A DNA stretch of 64,000 nt from the NCBI GenBank assembly GCA_964016885.1, contig OZ024743.1:179118001-179182000 (forward strand), written 5' to 3'. The stretch comes from Eledone cirrhosa. Lineage: Eukaryota. Both the position numbers and the translations under genes were made by a program. Below, one piece after another: positions 1 through 13,300 of this stretch; positions within the stretch are counted from its first letter, which is position 1; every line of letters starts with the position of its first letter. A model generated the notes under the pieces. The model saw only the letters and a program-made list of their open reading frames with translations, searched no databases and was not told where the DNA came from.

Positions 1-2
1 GC

Positions 3-192
3 TGCTGTGGATTGGCAGTATCGGTAGAGGGTCAGACGCTATGCTTTGACGCATTGAGTTACGGCCCTTGCCATTCTGAGTTCAAATCCCGCCGAGGTTA
101 ACTTTGCCTTTCATCCTTACGGGGTCGATAAAATAAAGTACCTGTAATACACTGGGGTAATAGCATGCCTTGTGCCAAAAGTAGAAACAATT
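3..192 (+). mobile_element. tRNA-type SINE copy (family recurring in this window)
   Basis: B-box-like GAGTTCAAATCCC followed by body GCCGAGGT..CTTTGCCTTTCATCCTTACGGGGTCGATAAAATAAAGTACC and an (ATT)-rich tail. The same body recurs at 205-352, 14231-14422, 23787-23895, 25460-25650 and 25878-25968. Confidence 0.75.
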
Positions 193-204
193 ATTATATA
201 TTGT

Positions 205-352
205 AATTAATTGTTTCTATTTTAGGCACAAGGCCAGCAATTACCCAGTACATTACTGGTACTTTATTTTATCGACCCCGTAAGGATGAAATGCAAAGTT
301 AACCTCAGCGGGGTTTGAACTCAGATCATAAAGGGACGTAACTCTATGCTTC
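205..352 (-). mobile_element. SINE copy, tail-to-tail with 3-192
   Basis: Reverse complement of the 3-192 body (..TTTATCGACCCCGTAAGGATGAAATGCAAAGTTAACCTC..TTTGAACTCAG). Confidence 0.75.
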
Positions 353-688
353 AAAAAATTAATGAAAGTTAAAACAATATGTGACAATGGGTGACAAGAT
401 TTTCGGACCACCCTGTACATCAGCTGATGTTTTCTTCATTTGTATTAAACATTTTGTGTAATTTGAGGGAGTTTGAGCAGCCAAGCATGTCAATCGCTGC
501 CTAGAGATTCTACCGTTGGTTAACTTATTATTCATCCACGAGAAAGAGTAGTCCACTATCACTTCCCTTATTATATGAACCCAGCCAGGGGATGTATGGA
601 TGGGAACACTCGTAATCCCATAAGTGAAGAATGGAGAAAGCATCACTCTACAAACTGACCCCAAAAGTTTGGAACCTTTGCTCTAGAG

Positions 689-980
689 CAGTGATGGGCA
701 ACCTGCGGCAACGCGAAGCTTTCTGAATGGCTCGCCTAAGTCACCTAAGTGAAATCTTTCTGATTTTTTTACCTCAACTTTTCAGACGTAATTTATCTTT
801 CTATCATTTTTACGATCGAGGAAAACAACGTGTACGAATTCTGAAGAAACAAATCAAAACAAGCTGAGTTACTGCCCTTTTTTTTAATGTGGGCACGAAT
901 ATAAATTAGCGCTTGCGGTCCGCCTGATGATGAGCCATATCTCATGCGGCCCGCTTCTCGAAAGAGGTTACCCATGCCTG
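689..980. mobile_element. Non-autonomous hAT (Charlie-type) MITE
   Basis: Imperfect TIRs CAGTGATGGGCAACCT / AGGTTACCCATGCCTG, with an exact 8-bp TSD CTCTAGAG at 681-688 and 981-988. Confidence 0.8.
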
Positions 981-1142
981 CTCTAGAGGTTAGCGAATGA
1001 GACGACCGACACTGTGACAGTATGAGAGTTGGGAATGGGCCGCATTCATACCCACCGTGGAACCACAGTGGTATTTCTGTTACCCGTAGATCCGATCATG
1101 GTAAATGTAGTGGTGGTCGTGACAGTAATGAGGATGATATTA

Positions 1143-1145
1143 TGG

Positions 1146-1199
<54 letters not shown>

Positions 1200-1622
1200 G
1201 AAAGATATTGATGATGATGATGGTGGTGGTGGTGGTGGTGGTGGTGGTGGCGTTGGTGGAGATATTAATGGTGACGGAGAAAAAAGTTGAAGTAAATTTT
1301 ACATAGTTAACAGACTAAAATTTGGTAGAAGAAACGATGGAAAGAGAGAAAAAAACAGCAACTGCAGCAATTTCATCATCATCCTCATCATCATAACCAT
1401 CGACACCGTCATTGCCACCAATGATGTCGTTAGTAACATCATGAAAATCATCATCATCAACACCAGTTCTAAACAAATCCTATATATCTAGCCCCTCCTA
1501 CTAGAAACCCTCAAATCCCACCTTACCTTATGTAAGAACGTTAGAGCTAATGTACTCCTAGATGATGTAATGTGAAGGTACCTGACTTACTGTTTAAAGT
1601 ATTTGGATGTAGTATGGTGCTT

Positions 1623-1675
<53 letters not shown>

Positions 1676-1843
1676 GGTACTTGTAGTAGTAGTGGTGGTG
1701 GTGGTGCTTGTAATAGTAGTAGTAGTGGTGGTGGTGGTACATGTAGTAGGAGTAGCAGTAGTGGTGGTGGTGCTTGTAGCAGGGGTAGTAGTGGTGATGA
1801 TGATGGTTGTAGTAGTAGTAATAGTAGTAGTACTAGTAGTAGT

Positions 1844-1899
<56 letters not shown>

Positions 1900-1908
1900 C
1901 AGTAGTAA
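1143..1908. repeat. Trinucleotide microsatellites (GAT)n, (GTG)n, (GTA)n, (GCA)n
   Basis: Directly visible at about 1143-1260 and 1620-1908. They explain the poly-M and poly-V ORFs. Confidence 0.9.
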
Positions 1909-1984
1909 CTCTAAGGTGAGTGTATATAGAGAAAGCGAGAATAATGTGGGAGTCGGGTAGACGACAGGGTGACGGGGGGATAAT

Positions 1985-4718
1985 GCGTGAGTGAGTTATA
2001 TAGTATGGTAGTGAGGTAGTTAGTGTGATTGTATGGTTTATAGTGAGGTATATAGTGTAGTAGTGAAGTAGTTAATGTGGTAGTGAGGTATATAGCGAGG
2101 TATATAGTATGGTAGAGAGGTAGATAGTGTGATAGTGGGGTGTATAGTGAGTTATATAGTATGGTAGTGAGGTAGATAGTGTGGCTGTAGGGTATAGAGT
2201 GAGGTATATAGTGTAGTAGTGAAGTAGTTAGTGTGATAGTGGGATATATAGTATGGTAGTGAGGTAGTGGGTTATATAGTATGTTTGTAGTAAGGCAGGA
2301 TTGTATAGTAACATCGGAGCTATTGTAATGCTGTTGTATATAGTGTAGTAGTGGGATACCTAGTGTGGTGCTAGGTTAGTTAATGTGGTTTTGAGGTACA
2401 TTGCATGGTAGTAGGGTAGATAATTGTGCAGATAATGTGGTAGTGACGCAGACAGTATGGTAGTCAGGTAGTGTGGGAGTGAGATGGATGGCGAGGGAGT
2501 GAGGTAGATAGTATGGTAGTGAAGAAGATAGGGAGATAGTAAGGTATATAGTACAGTGCAAAGTAGATAGGATTGTAGTGAGATACAAATCATGATAGTG
2601 AAGTAGATAGTGTAGTTGTGATTGAATAGTGGGGTAGTGGTGTAGAGTGGTAGTGTGGCAGATAGTGTAGTAGCGAGTTGAAAGTATTGGGATAGATAGT
2701 ATGGTACGAAGTAGATAGTGTACTGGTGTTCCACATATTATGGCAGTGAGTTAGATAGTGTGGTAGTGAGATATATAGTATTTTAGTGAGGTATATAGTG
2801 TGGTAGTGGCGTAGTATTGTACTGAGGAGTGATAGTAAAGTAGCGAAGTTCAGAATGTTGTAGTGAGATAGGCAGTGTGATAGTGAAGTAGATAGTTCGG
2901 TGTTGTTATAGATGGGGGGTGGGGGTGAGTTATATAGTATTGTTGAGAGGCATATAGTGTGAGGATTAGGTAGATATTATTGTAGTGAGGAAATAGGGTA
3001 GAGTGGTAGTAGGGTACAGAGTGGGGTAGAAAGCGTGGTAGTAGGGTATATAGTATGGTAGTGAGCCAGAAAGTGTTATGGAGGGCTAGAAAATATGGTT
3101 GTAGTAAGGAAGGTATAGAAGCGAGGTAAAGAGCGCAGTGCTGTTGTAGATAGTATGCTAGTTAGGAGTAATAGCATAGTAGCGAGATATATAATTTTGA
3201 TAATGAGGGTGATAATATAGGGTGAGGTGGGATAGTGTAGGGGTGAGGTAGATAGTGTGGTGGTGTGGTGGGATAGTGTGGTGGATAGGTGATGTTGAGG
3301 TGGGATAGTGTAGGGGTGAGGTAGATAGTGTGGTGGTGTGGTGGGATAGTGTGGTGGATAGTGTGATGTTGAGGTGGGATAGTGTAGGGGTGAGGTAGAT
3401 AGTGTGGTGGTGTGGTGGGATAGTGTGGTGGATAGTGTAATGGTGAGGTGGGATAGTGAGGGAAATAGTGTGGTGGTGTGGTGGGATAGTGTGGTGGTGA
3501 GGTAGATAGTGTGGTGGTGAGGTAGATAGAGGGGTGGTGAGGTAGATAGTGGGGTGGTGAGGTAGATAGAGGGGTGGTGAGGTAGATAGAGGGGTGGTGA
3601 GGTAGATAGTGGTGTAGTGAGGTAGATAGTGGTGTGGTGAGGTAGATATTGTGGTGGTGAGGTAGATAGGGTGGTGGTGAGGTAGATAGTGTGGTGTTGT
3701 TGTAGATAGTGGTGTGGTGTGGTAGATAGTGTGGTGGTGAGGTAGATAGTGGGGTGGTGAGGTAGAACTGGGGTGGTGATGTGGGATAGTGTGGTGGTGA
3801 GGTAGATAGTGGGGTGGTGTGGTAGATAGTGTGGTGGTGAGGTAGATAGTGGTTTCTGAGGTAGAGGGTGTGGTGGTGAGGTAGATAGTGGGGTGGTGAG
3901 GTAGATAGTGTGGTGGTGAGGTAGATAGTGTGGTCGTGAGGTAGATAGTGGAGTGGTGAGGTAGATAGTGTCGTGGTGAGGTAGATAGGGTGGAAGTGAG
4001 GTAGATAGGGTGGTGGTGAGGTAGATAGTGGGGTGGTGAGGTAGATAGAGGGGTGGTGAGGTAGATAGTGGGGTGGTTCTGTGGGATAGTAGGGTGGTGT
4101 GGTAGATAGTATGGTGGTGAGGTAGATAGTGTGGTGGTGAGGTAGATAGTGTGGTGGGTTAGTGGGGTGGTGTGGTAGATAATGGGGTCGTGTGGTAGAT
4201 AGTGGGGTGGTGAGGTGGATAGGGTGGTGGTGAGGTAGATAGTGTGGTGTTGAGGTAGATAGGGTGGTGGTGAGGTAGATAGAGGGGTGGTGAGGTAGAT
4301 AGTGGGGTGGTGAGGTAGATAGGGTGGAGGTGAGGTAGATAGTGCGGAGGTGAGGGGGATAGGGTGGTGGTGTGGTAGATAGTGGTGTGGTGTGGTAGAT
4401 AGTGGGGTGGTGAGGTAGATAGGGTGGAGGTGAGGTAGATAGGGTGGAGGTGAGGTAGATAGTGGTGTGGTGAGGTAGATAGTGGGGTGGTGAGGTAGAT
4501 AGTGGGGTGGTGAGGTAGATAGTGGGGGTGAGGTAGATAGTGGGGTGGTATGGTAGATAGTGTGGTGGTGAGGTAGATAGTGGGGTGGTGAGGTAGATAG
4601 TGGGGTGGTGAGGGGGGTAGGGTGGTGGTGTGGCAGATAGTGTGGTGGTGAGGTAGATAGTGTGGTGCTGAGGTAGATAGTGTGGTGCTGAGGTAGATAA
4701 TGGGGGTGAGGTAGATAG
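1985..4718. repeat. Degenerate ~20-bp G-rich satellite (GTGAGGTAGATAGTG[G/T]GGTG)
   Basis: Regular 20-bp period from about 3230, progressively more degenerate toward 1985. Confidence 0.9.
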
Positions 4719-6206
4719 ATTTCTTTATTAGCCACAAGGGCGCAACAAGAAAGGGGACAATACAAAGACATGCCGGGGATTTTACATACAGTTGTGTAAA
4801 AAATATAAAAACAAACAATTTCAACAATCGAAATCCCCAATAGGGGGGAGGCGCCACAAATGGGTTGTTTAATACCCCGTCGATAGAACAACCCTCAACT
4901 CGAGGAGCGTGTTGTGCAAGTGCTCCTTTCTTCCTTTTGCTCTCTTCCTCAACCTACAGGCTTATAAACAGAGAAGGCCCAATCACTCGGGCCATTTTCG
5001 CTTCATTCACCCACCTTTCAGTAAATTTACTGGGGTGCAGTGCCTCTCTCTCCACCCTGATTCTCCTTCTAAAGTGATACTTAAAGAAGGGAATCAATTG
5101 TTGTCCGGAGAGAAAGGCATCTGTCCTCAGTCCTCTCAACCTCGTCCACCATATAACTTCTTTCACCATAGCCACCGTACAGAGGAAAACCGCCTCTCTT
5201 TCGTTTTTGAAAGAATCTGGCGGTTTGATCCTTACTATGGACTCGGCAGTCAACTGTATTTGTCCCATACGCGACAGCAGTTGTTCTGCATAGTTCCACA
5301 GGTCGCTTACGCCCGGGCAGTGTACAATTGCGTGCAGAACTGTTTCAATGTCCTGCGCACATCTTGGACACGTCCTCTTAGAAGGATCCCTGCCAGGGCG
5401 TCCGTGCCTGTAGATCTTGTCACGAACAGGTAGAGCTCCTCGGTAGCACTGCCAGGCCAGGGACCTCTGGAAGTTGTCCATAGGTCCCGGGCGGAAAGTC
5501 CTACCAAACATACTGGTGAGCTCATCGTCTTCGACGCCCAGAGTCTCTCCGAGCACGTCGTCGCCCTTGTAACGTACAATCCCTCTATAGAATGTCGAAG
5601 TGGAGTCTCCACTGATTGCTGCGCCCGCTTGCCAGAGGACTGTGAGCGCCTGAGCGCATTCAATGTGCCAGGCGCCCATCGTTTTCGGTCTTTTCTTCAC
5701 CCAGGACTGCAGCTCCGTTAGCGAGACGAGCTGTGGGAAAGCCTGTCTCACAAACGGTGCCCACACCGGTTGGGGGTCGGTGAGGAATACCTGGAGATGC
5801 CGCAGCCTCAGCGCATGTTTGCGCATCATCAGCCACGGCATTCCCAGACCACCGTTGGAAGGGTGCTGACAGCGGACGGATCTCCTCACCAGCGGAGCCT
5901 GCTTCTTCCACAGAAACTGGAAGAGCATGCGTTCTATCTTGGCGAGGTGTTCACGGGGACAAGGCACGACAGTCAAGCGGTAGTAGATGACGGACGCTAT
6001 GAAAGTGTTCGCCACCTCCGCTCGACCTTTCAAGGACAGTTTGCACTCTGCCCACTTCTGAGTGAGTGCAAACACCTTGGCCGTGACCTCGTTCCAGTTT
6101 TTCTCCACCTGGAGGTCTGGATCGAACCAGACCCCGAGCAATTTCACCGGTCCGTCCGTCCAGCGTCCAACGACGCTGTCGGATGTCATCGGTTTGCCTC
6201 TCCACG
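4719..6206 (-). mobile_element. 5'-truncated Tx1/L1-clade LINE (RT C-terminus, zf-RVT, 3' UTR)
   Basis: ORF 4954-6189 has VKLLGVWF, LSLKGRAEVANTFIASVIYY, GGLGMP and CPRC..ET..H...HC. The 3' UTR ends AATAAAGAAA followed by TCTATCTA. Confidence 0.9.
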
Positions 6207-7333
6207 GTAGATAGTTAGGTGGTAAGGTAGATAGTGGGGCGGAGAGGTGGATAGTGTGGTGGTGTGGTAGATAGTGTGGTGGTCTGGTAGATAGTGGGGT
6301 GGTGTGGTAGATAGTGGGGTGGTGTGGTAGATAGTGTGGTGGTCTGGTAGATAGGGTGGTGGTGTGGTAGATAGTAGGGTTGTGAGGTAGACAGTGGGGT
6401 GGTGTGGTAGATAGTGTGGTGGTGTGGTAGATAGTGGGGTGGTGAGGTAGATGGTGGGGTGGTGAGGTAGATAGTGGGGTGGTGAGGTATATAGTGGGGT
6501 GGTGAGGTAGATAGGGGGGTCGTGTGGTATGTAGTATGGTGGTGTGGTAGATAGTGTGGTGGTGTGGTTGGATAGTGGGGTGGTGTGGTAGATAGTGTGG
6601 TGGTGTGGTTGGATAGTGGGGTGGTGATGTGGTATAGCGGGGAAGTGTGGTGGGTTAGTGGGGTGGTGTGGTAGAAAGTGGGGTGGTGTGGTAGATAGTG
6701 GGGTGGTGTGGTAGATAGTGTGGTGGTGAGGTAGATAGTGTGGTGGTGAGGTAGATAGTGTGGTGGTGAGGTAGATAGTGGGTGGTGAGGGGGATAGGGT
6801 GGTGGTATGGTAGATAGTGTGGTGGTGAGTTAGATAGTGTGGTGGTGTGGTTGATAGTGTGGTAGAGAGGTAGCTAGTGGTGTGGTGAGGGAGATAGTGG
6901 GGTGGTGAGGTAGATAGAGGGGTGGTGAGGTAAGGGGGGGGGGTAGACAGGGTGGTGGTGAGGTAGATAGTGGTGTGGTGAGGTAGATAGTGGGGTGGTG
7001 TTGTAGATAGTGGGGTGGTATGGTAGATAGTGGGGTCGTGAGGTAGATAGTGGTGTGGTGAGGTAGATAGTGTGATGGTGAGGTAGATAGTGGGGTGGTG
7101 TGGTGTGGTAGATAGTGGGGTGCTGTGGTAGATAGTGTGGTGGTGAGGTAGATAGTGGGGTGGTATGGTAGATAGTGTGGTGGTGAGGTAGATAGTGGGG
7201 TGGTGAGGTAGATAGTGGGGTGGTGAGGGGGGTAGGGTGGTGGTGTGGCAGATAGTGTGGTGGTGAGGTAGATAGTGTGGTGCTGAGGTAGATAGTGTGG
7301 TGCTGAGGTAGATAATGGGGGTGAGGTAGATAG
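6207..7333. repeat. 20-bp G-rich satellite block
   Basis: Same unit as 1985-4718. Confidence 0.9.
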
Positions 7334-8821
7334 ATTTCTTTATTAGCCACAAGGGCGCAACAAGAAAGGGGACAATACAAAGACATGCCGGGGATTTTAC
7401 ATACAGTTGTGTAAAAAATATAAAAACAAACAATTTCAACAATCGAAATCCCCAATAGGGGGGAGGCGCCACAAATGGGTTGTTTAATACCCCGTCGATA
7501 GAACAACCCTCAACTCGAGGAGCGTGTTGTGCAAGTGCTCCTTTCTTCCTTTTGCTCTCTTCCTCAACCTACAGGCTTATAAACAGAGAAGGCCCAATCA
7601 CTCGGGCCATTTTCGCTTCATTCACCCACCTTTCAGTAAATTTACTGGGGTGCAGTGCCTCTCTCTCCACCCTGATTCTCCTTCTAAAGTGATACTTAAA
7701 GAAGGGAATCAATTGTTGTCCGGAGAGAAAGGCATCTGTCCTCAGTCCTCTCAACCTCGTCCACCATATAACTTCTTTCACCATAGCCACCGTACAGAGG
7801 AAAACCGCCTCTCTTTCGTTTTTGAAAGAATCTGGCGGTTTGATCCTTACTATGGACTCGGCAGTCAACTGTATTTGTCCCATACGCGACAGCAGTTGTT
7901 CTGCATAGTTCCACAGGTCGCTTACGCCCGGGCAGTGTACAATTGCGTGCAGAACTGTTTCAATGTCCTGCGCACATCTTGGACACGTCCTCTTAGAAGG
8001 ATCCCTGCCAGGGCGTCCGTGCCTGTAGATCTTGTCACGAACAGGTAGAGCTCCTCGGTAGCACTGCCAGGCCAGGGACCTCTGGAAGTTGTCCATAGGT
8101 CCCGGGCGGAAAGTCCTACCAAACATACTGGTGAGCTCATCGTCTTCGACGCCCAGAGTCTCTCCGAGCACGTCGTCGCCCTTGTAACGTACAATCCCTC
8201 TATAGAATGTCGAAGTGGAGTCTCCACTGATTGCTGCGCCCGCTTGCCAGAGGACTGTGAGCGCCTGAGCGCATTCAATGTGCCAGGCGCCCATCGTTTT
8301 CGGTCTTTTCTTCACCCAGGACTGCAGCTCCGTTAGCGAGACGAGCTGTGGGAAAGCCTGTCTCACAAACGGTGCCCACACCGGTTGGGGGTCGGTGAGG
8401 AATACCTGGAGATGCCGCAGCCTCAGCGCATGTTTGCGCATCATCAGCCACGGCATTCCCAGACCACCGTTGGAAGGGTGCTGACAGCGGACGGATCTCC
8501 TCACCAGCGGAGCCTGCTTCTTCCACAGAAACTGGAAGAGCATGCGTTCTATCTTGGCGAGGTGTTCACGGGGACAAGGCACGACAGTCAAGCGGTAGTA
8601 GATGACGGACGCTATGAAAGTGTTCGCCACCTCCGCTCGACCTTTCAAGGACAGTTTGCACTCTGCCCACTTCTGAGTGAGTGCAAACACCTTGGCCGTG
8701 ACCTCGTTCCAGTTTTTCTCCACCTGGAGGTCTGGATCGAACCAGACCCCGAGCAATTTCACCGGTCCGTCTGTCCAGCGTCCAACGACGCTGTCGGATG
8801 TCATCGGTTTGCCTCTCCACG
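7334..8821 (-). mobile_element. Duplicate of the Tx1 LINE fragment at 4719-6206
   Basis: Identical 411-aa ORF (7569-8804) at offset 2615 bp, with the same truncation point and flanks. Confidence 0.9.
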
Positions 8822-11201
8822 GTAGATAGTTAGGTGGTAAGGTAGATAGTGGGGCGGAGAGGTGGATAGTGTGGTGGTGTGGTAGATAGTGTGGTGGTCT
8901 GGTAGATAGTGGGGTGGTGTGGTAGATAGTGGGGTGGTGTGGTAGATAGTGTGGTGGTCTGGTAGATAGGGTGGTGGTGTGGTAGATAGTAGGGTTGTGA
9001 GGTAGACAGTGGGGTGGTGTGGTAGATAGTGTGGTGGTGTGGTAGATAGTGGGGTGGTGAGGTAGATGGTGGGGTGGTGAGGTAGATAGTGGGGTGGTGA
9101 GGTATATAGTGGGGTGGTGAGGTAGATAGGGGGGTCGTGTGGTATGTAGTATGGTGGTGTGGTAGATAGTGTGGTGGTGTGGTTGGATAGTGGGGTGGTG
9201 TGGTAGATAGTGTGGTGGTGTGGTTGGATAGTGGGGTGGTGATGTGGTATAGCGGGGAAGTGTGGTGGGTTAGTGGGGTGGTGTGGTAGAAAGTGGGGTG
9301 GTGTGGTAGATAGTGGGGTGGTGTGGTAGATAGTGTGGTGGTGAGGTAGATAGTGTGGTGGTGAGGTAGATAGTGGGTGGTGAGGGGGATAGGGTGGTGG
9401 TATGGTAGATAGTGTGGTGGTGAGTTAGATAGTGTGGTGGTGTGGTTGATAGTGTGGTAGAGAGGTAGCTAGTGGTGTGGTGAGGGAGATAGTGGGGTGG
9501 TGAGGTAGATAGAGGGGTGGTGAGGTAAGGGGGGGGGGGGTAGACAGGGTGGTGGTGAGGTAGATAGTGGTGTGGTGAGGTAGATAGTGGGGTGGTGTTG
9601 TAGATAGTGGGGTGGTATGGTAGATAGTGGGGTCGTGAGGTAGATAGTGGTGTGGTGAGGTAGATAGTGTGATGGTGAGGTAGATAGTGGGGTGGTGTGG
9701 TGTGGTAGATAGTGGGGTGCTGTGGTAGATAGTGTGGTGGTGAGGTAGATAGTGGGGTGGTGTGGTAGATAGTGGGGTGGTATGGTAGATAGTGGGGTGG
9801 TGAGGTAGATAGTGGTGTGGTGAGGTAGATAGTTTGGTGGTGAGGTAGATAGAGGGGTGGTGAGGTAGATATTGGGGTGGTGTGGTAGATAGTGTGGTGG
9901 TGTGGGGAGGTAGATATGGTGGTGGTGAGGTAGATAGTGTGGTGGTGAGGTAGAAAGGGTGGTGGTGTGGTAGATAGTGTGGTGGTGAGGTAGATAGTGG
10001 GGTGGTGTGGAAGATAGTGTGATGGTGAATTAGATAGTGCGGTGGTGATATGGAATAATGGGGTGGTGTGGTAGATAGTATGGTGGTGTGGTAGATAGTG
10101 GGGTGGTGAGGTGGGATAGTTGAGTGGTGAGGTAGATGGGGGTGGTGAGGTAGATAGTGTGGTGGTGTGGTAGATAGTGTGGTGGTGTGGTAGATAGTGT
10201 GGTGATGTGGTAGATAGTGGGGTGGTGTGGTGGGATAGTTGGGTGGTGTGGTGGTGTGGTAGTGGGGTGGCGTGGTAGATAGTGGGGTGGTGTGGTAGAT
10301 AGTGGGGATTGTGTGGTAGATAGTGGTGTGGTGTGGTAGATAGTGGGGTGGTATGGTAGATAGTGGGGTGGTGAGGTAGATTCTGGCGTGGTGTGGTAGA
10401 TAGTGGGGTGGTATGGTGGGATAGTGGGGTGGTGGGTTAGATAATGGAGTCGTGTGATAGATAATGGGGTAGTATGGTAGATAGTGGCGTGGTGTGGTGG
10501 GATAGTGGTGTGGTATGGTAGATAGTGGGGTGGTGAGGTAGATACTGGGGTGGTGGGGTAGATAGTGGGGTGGTATGGTGGGATAGTGGGGTGGTGGGGT
10601 AGATAATGGGGTCGTGTGGTAGATAATGTGGTGGTATGGTAGATAGTGGGGTGGTGTGGTGGGATAGTGTGGTGGTGTGATGGTGTGGTAGATAGTGGGG
10701 TGTTGTGGTGGGATAGTGGTGTGGTGTGGTGGTGTGGTAGACAGTGGGGTGGTGTGGTAGATAATGGGGTCATGTGGTAGATATTGGGGTGGTGTGGTTG
10801 ATAGTGGGGTGGTGTGGTGGTGTGGTAGTGAGGTGGTATGGTAGATAGTGTGTGATGTGGTAGATAGTGGGGTGGTGTGGTAGATAATGGGGTCGTGTGT
10901 TAGATAGTGGGGTGGTGTGGTGGGATAGTTGGGTGGTGTGGTGGTGTGGTAGTGGGGTGGTATGGTAGATAGTGGGGTGGTGTGGTGGGATAGTTGGGTG
11001 GTGTGGTGGTGTGGTAGTGGGGTGGTGTGAAGGTGTGGTAGTTGGGTGGTGTGGTAGATAGTGGGTTGGTGTGGTGGGATAGTGGGGTGGTGTGGTGGGA
11101 TAGTGGGGTGGTGTGGTGGTGTGGTAGTGGGGTGGTGAGGTAGATAGTGGGGTGGTGTGGTAGATAGTGGGGTGGGATGGTGGCGTGGTAGTGGGGTGGT
11201 G
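8822..11201. repeat. 20-bp G-rich satellite block
   Basis: Same unit, with GTGTGGTAGATAG variants. Confidence 0.9.
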
Positions 11202-11739
11202 AGTTGTTGAACCTCGATAGAATAAGTCTCGAGTTTTTGGATAAAAAAAAGAGCAGTCAAGATAGACTGGAGAGAGGATATGTTTGGGTGTTCTGTGTGG
11301 CTGTGTGTGTGAGTGTCTGTGTGAGACTGTGTGTGTCTGTGTGCGTGTGTATTCATACACGCACACACAGAGCCAAACACAAATACACAGACAGCCACAC
11401 AATCACACACACTGAGACAAACACAGACACACACACAGAGAGACACACACACAGAGACACCCACACGAGAGCTGTGTGGGTGTCTCTGTGTGTGTGTGTG
11501 TGTCTGTGTGTGTGTGTCTGTGTGTGTCTGAACGTGCATGTGTATGTGTGTGTGAGTGTGTCTGTATGCGTGTGTATTTGTGTGGGTTTCTGTGTGGGTG
11601 TGTCTCTGTGTGTGTCTGTGTCGCTGTGTGTATGTGTATGTGTGGCTCTGTTTGTATTTGCGTTTGGCTCTGTGTGTGTGTGTGTGTGTATGGCTGTGTG
11701 TGTCTGCGCGTGAGTAGTTGTGTGTAATTATACATATGT

Positions 11740-13300
11740 GAATAGGGAGTTGCTTAGTTCGTCCCCCTTGTTCTCGTCTTTCCTGATCAGCAGGAACTGG
11801 GAATTCTCCCGTTCTGCTGCCAGTTGCAGTAGACGGCTTCGAGGACGCCAGAGAAGAAGTCCGGCATGCCTATGTAAAACTCATAGGGTAGACCATCTAG
11901 ACCGTGTGATTTTCGTTTCCTGCAGCGGCCCAGAGCGTCCCGTATCTCAGTGGCTGTGATCAGTCTGTCGTAGAACTCGGCGTCCATGCTCAAGAGACGC
12001 GGCAGGCCGTCGAGGTATGAATCGAAGTCCATTGCCCCGTTCGGCGCACCGTCGCTCTGCTCGATCAGTTGCGCAAAGTGCTGCTGAAAGGCCGTGCACA
12101 TTCGCTTGGAGTCAAGTAGCATGCGTCCATTTTGGTCTTTCAAAGACCGAATCGTGGACTTGTTGTCACCTTTCGCCTCTGCCGCTCGGGCCCAGCTTAC
12201 AACTTTTGCTCCCTCGTTTCCTAGAGCACGTGATTTTCTTCTGACGACGCAGCCTTCGTGTTTCGCCTCGAACAACTGGTCCAGTGCCGTTCTCGTTGCT
12301 AGCACTCTAGCTGCGTTGCCACTCCTAAGCGCCTCTCTACCTTGGCTATTAGTTCTGTTTCTGTTTTGTTTTTCTCTAAGGCTAGTTCTTTGCTAAAACC
12401 TATGGAATCTACTCTAATTGCTCTCTTGAGAGAATACCATCATCTATTGTTGACGATGGCTCCCGTCAACTGTTGCTTAACTAATCTTCTTATCCGTTCA
12501 GTCTAGACTTTACGTGTCGGTAGCGACACGTTCAGTATCCGGGTCCTTGTATTCTATCACGGTTGACTATGCAGATGACTAGTTTGTGGTCTGAATAGGC
12601 AACCATGTGCATTTGTGGACAGCTTTACATCTTCTTTGTCTCTCTCTCTCTAATAAAGAACCTGTCTAAATACGATATAGATGTCCCGCTACGGTTTGTC
12701 TACGTCCACTGTGGTGCAGTCGGGAAATCTAGTCCATATCTATCGGCCAGTTGGAATTGGCCGATTAAATGTTTGAGGCTGTTGCACCCCCCCCCTCTAC
12801 TGTGACATGATCCTACATAGTCCCATCGTGCGTCTAGAATACCATTTGAGTCCCCCACTAAAAGCAAGTAGCGAGACGTTCCCAGAAAAGACAATACACG
12901 CTTAAAGATGTCAGGTCGCGATTGCCCAGTCGGCGCATAAACGGCCATCAGTCTGAAGGCTCCACCTCCAAGACTGTTCACGTCTAGGACTACCATTCTA
13001 GCCTCCGGGTCCAAGTGAACTTGCTGTATTTCGAGGTCCAGGTTTTTCAGAAACATGACAGCCACTCCCCCTCCACCTCCTGGCTGACAGAGAGATGCAT
13101 AGATCTCAAAGTCATTGAAGATGGGGGTTAGTTGCTGCCTGTTGTGGATCCTGAACTCGGTGATGGCTATCACATCCATACCGTGTGATCTAATGTTGTT
13201 TAAAAGTTGGCCCTGTTTCCAGGGCATCCCTGAGCCACACACATTCACACTTCCAACTCGTAAAAGGAACTCGTGAAAAGGAACGAAAAGATGCACTTAC
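11740..13300 (-). pseudogene. Degenerate Tx1/L1-clade ORF2 N-terminal part: APE endonuclease and pre-RT linker
   Basis: 12700-13296 has SVNVCG, DVIAITE, GGVAV, AVYAP and LVGDSNG, followed by LDRF/YSDH-like remnants. 11787-12305 has ITATEIRDAL..KSHGLDGLPYEFY. Frameshifted and broken before the RT core. Confidence 0.8.

Noticed and set aside
3158-11539. Long His/Pro/Thr-rich ORFs (577, 428 and 704 aa)
   Set aside because: They are translations of the C-rich strand of the 20-bp satellite, open in several frames.
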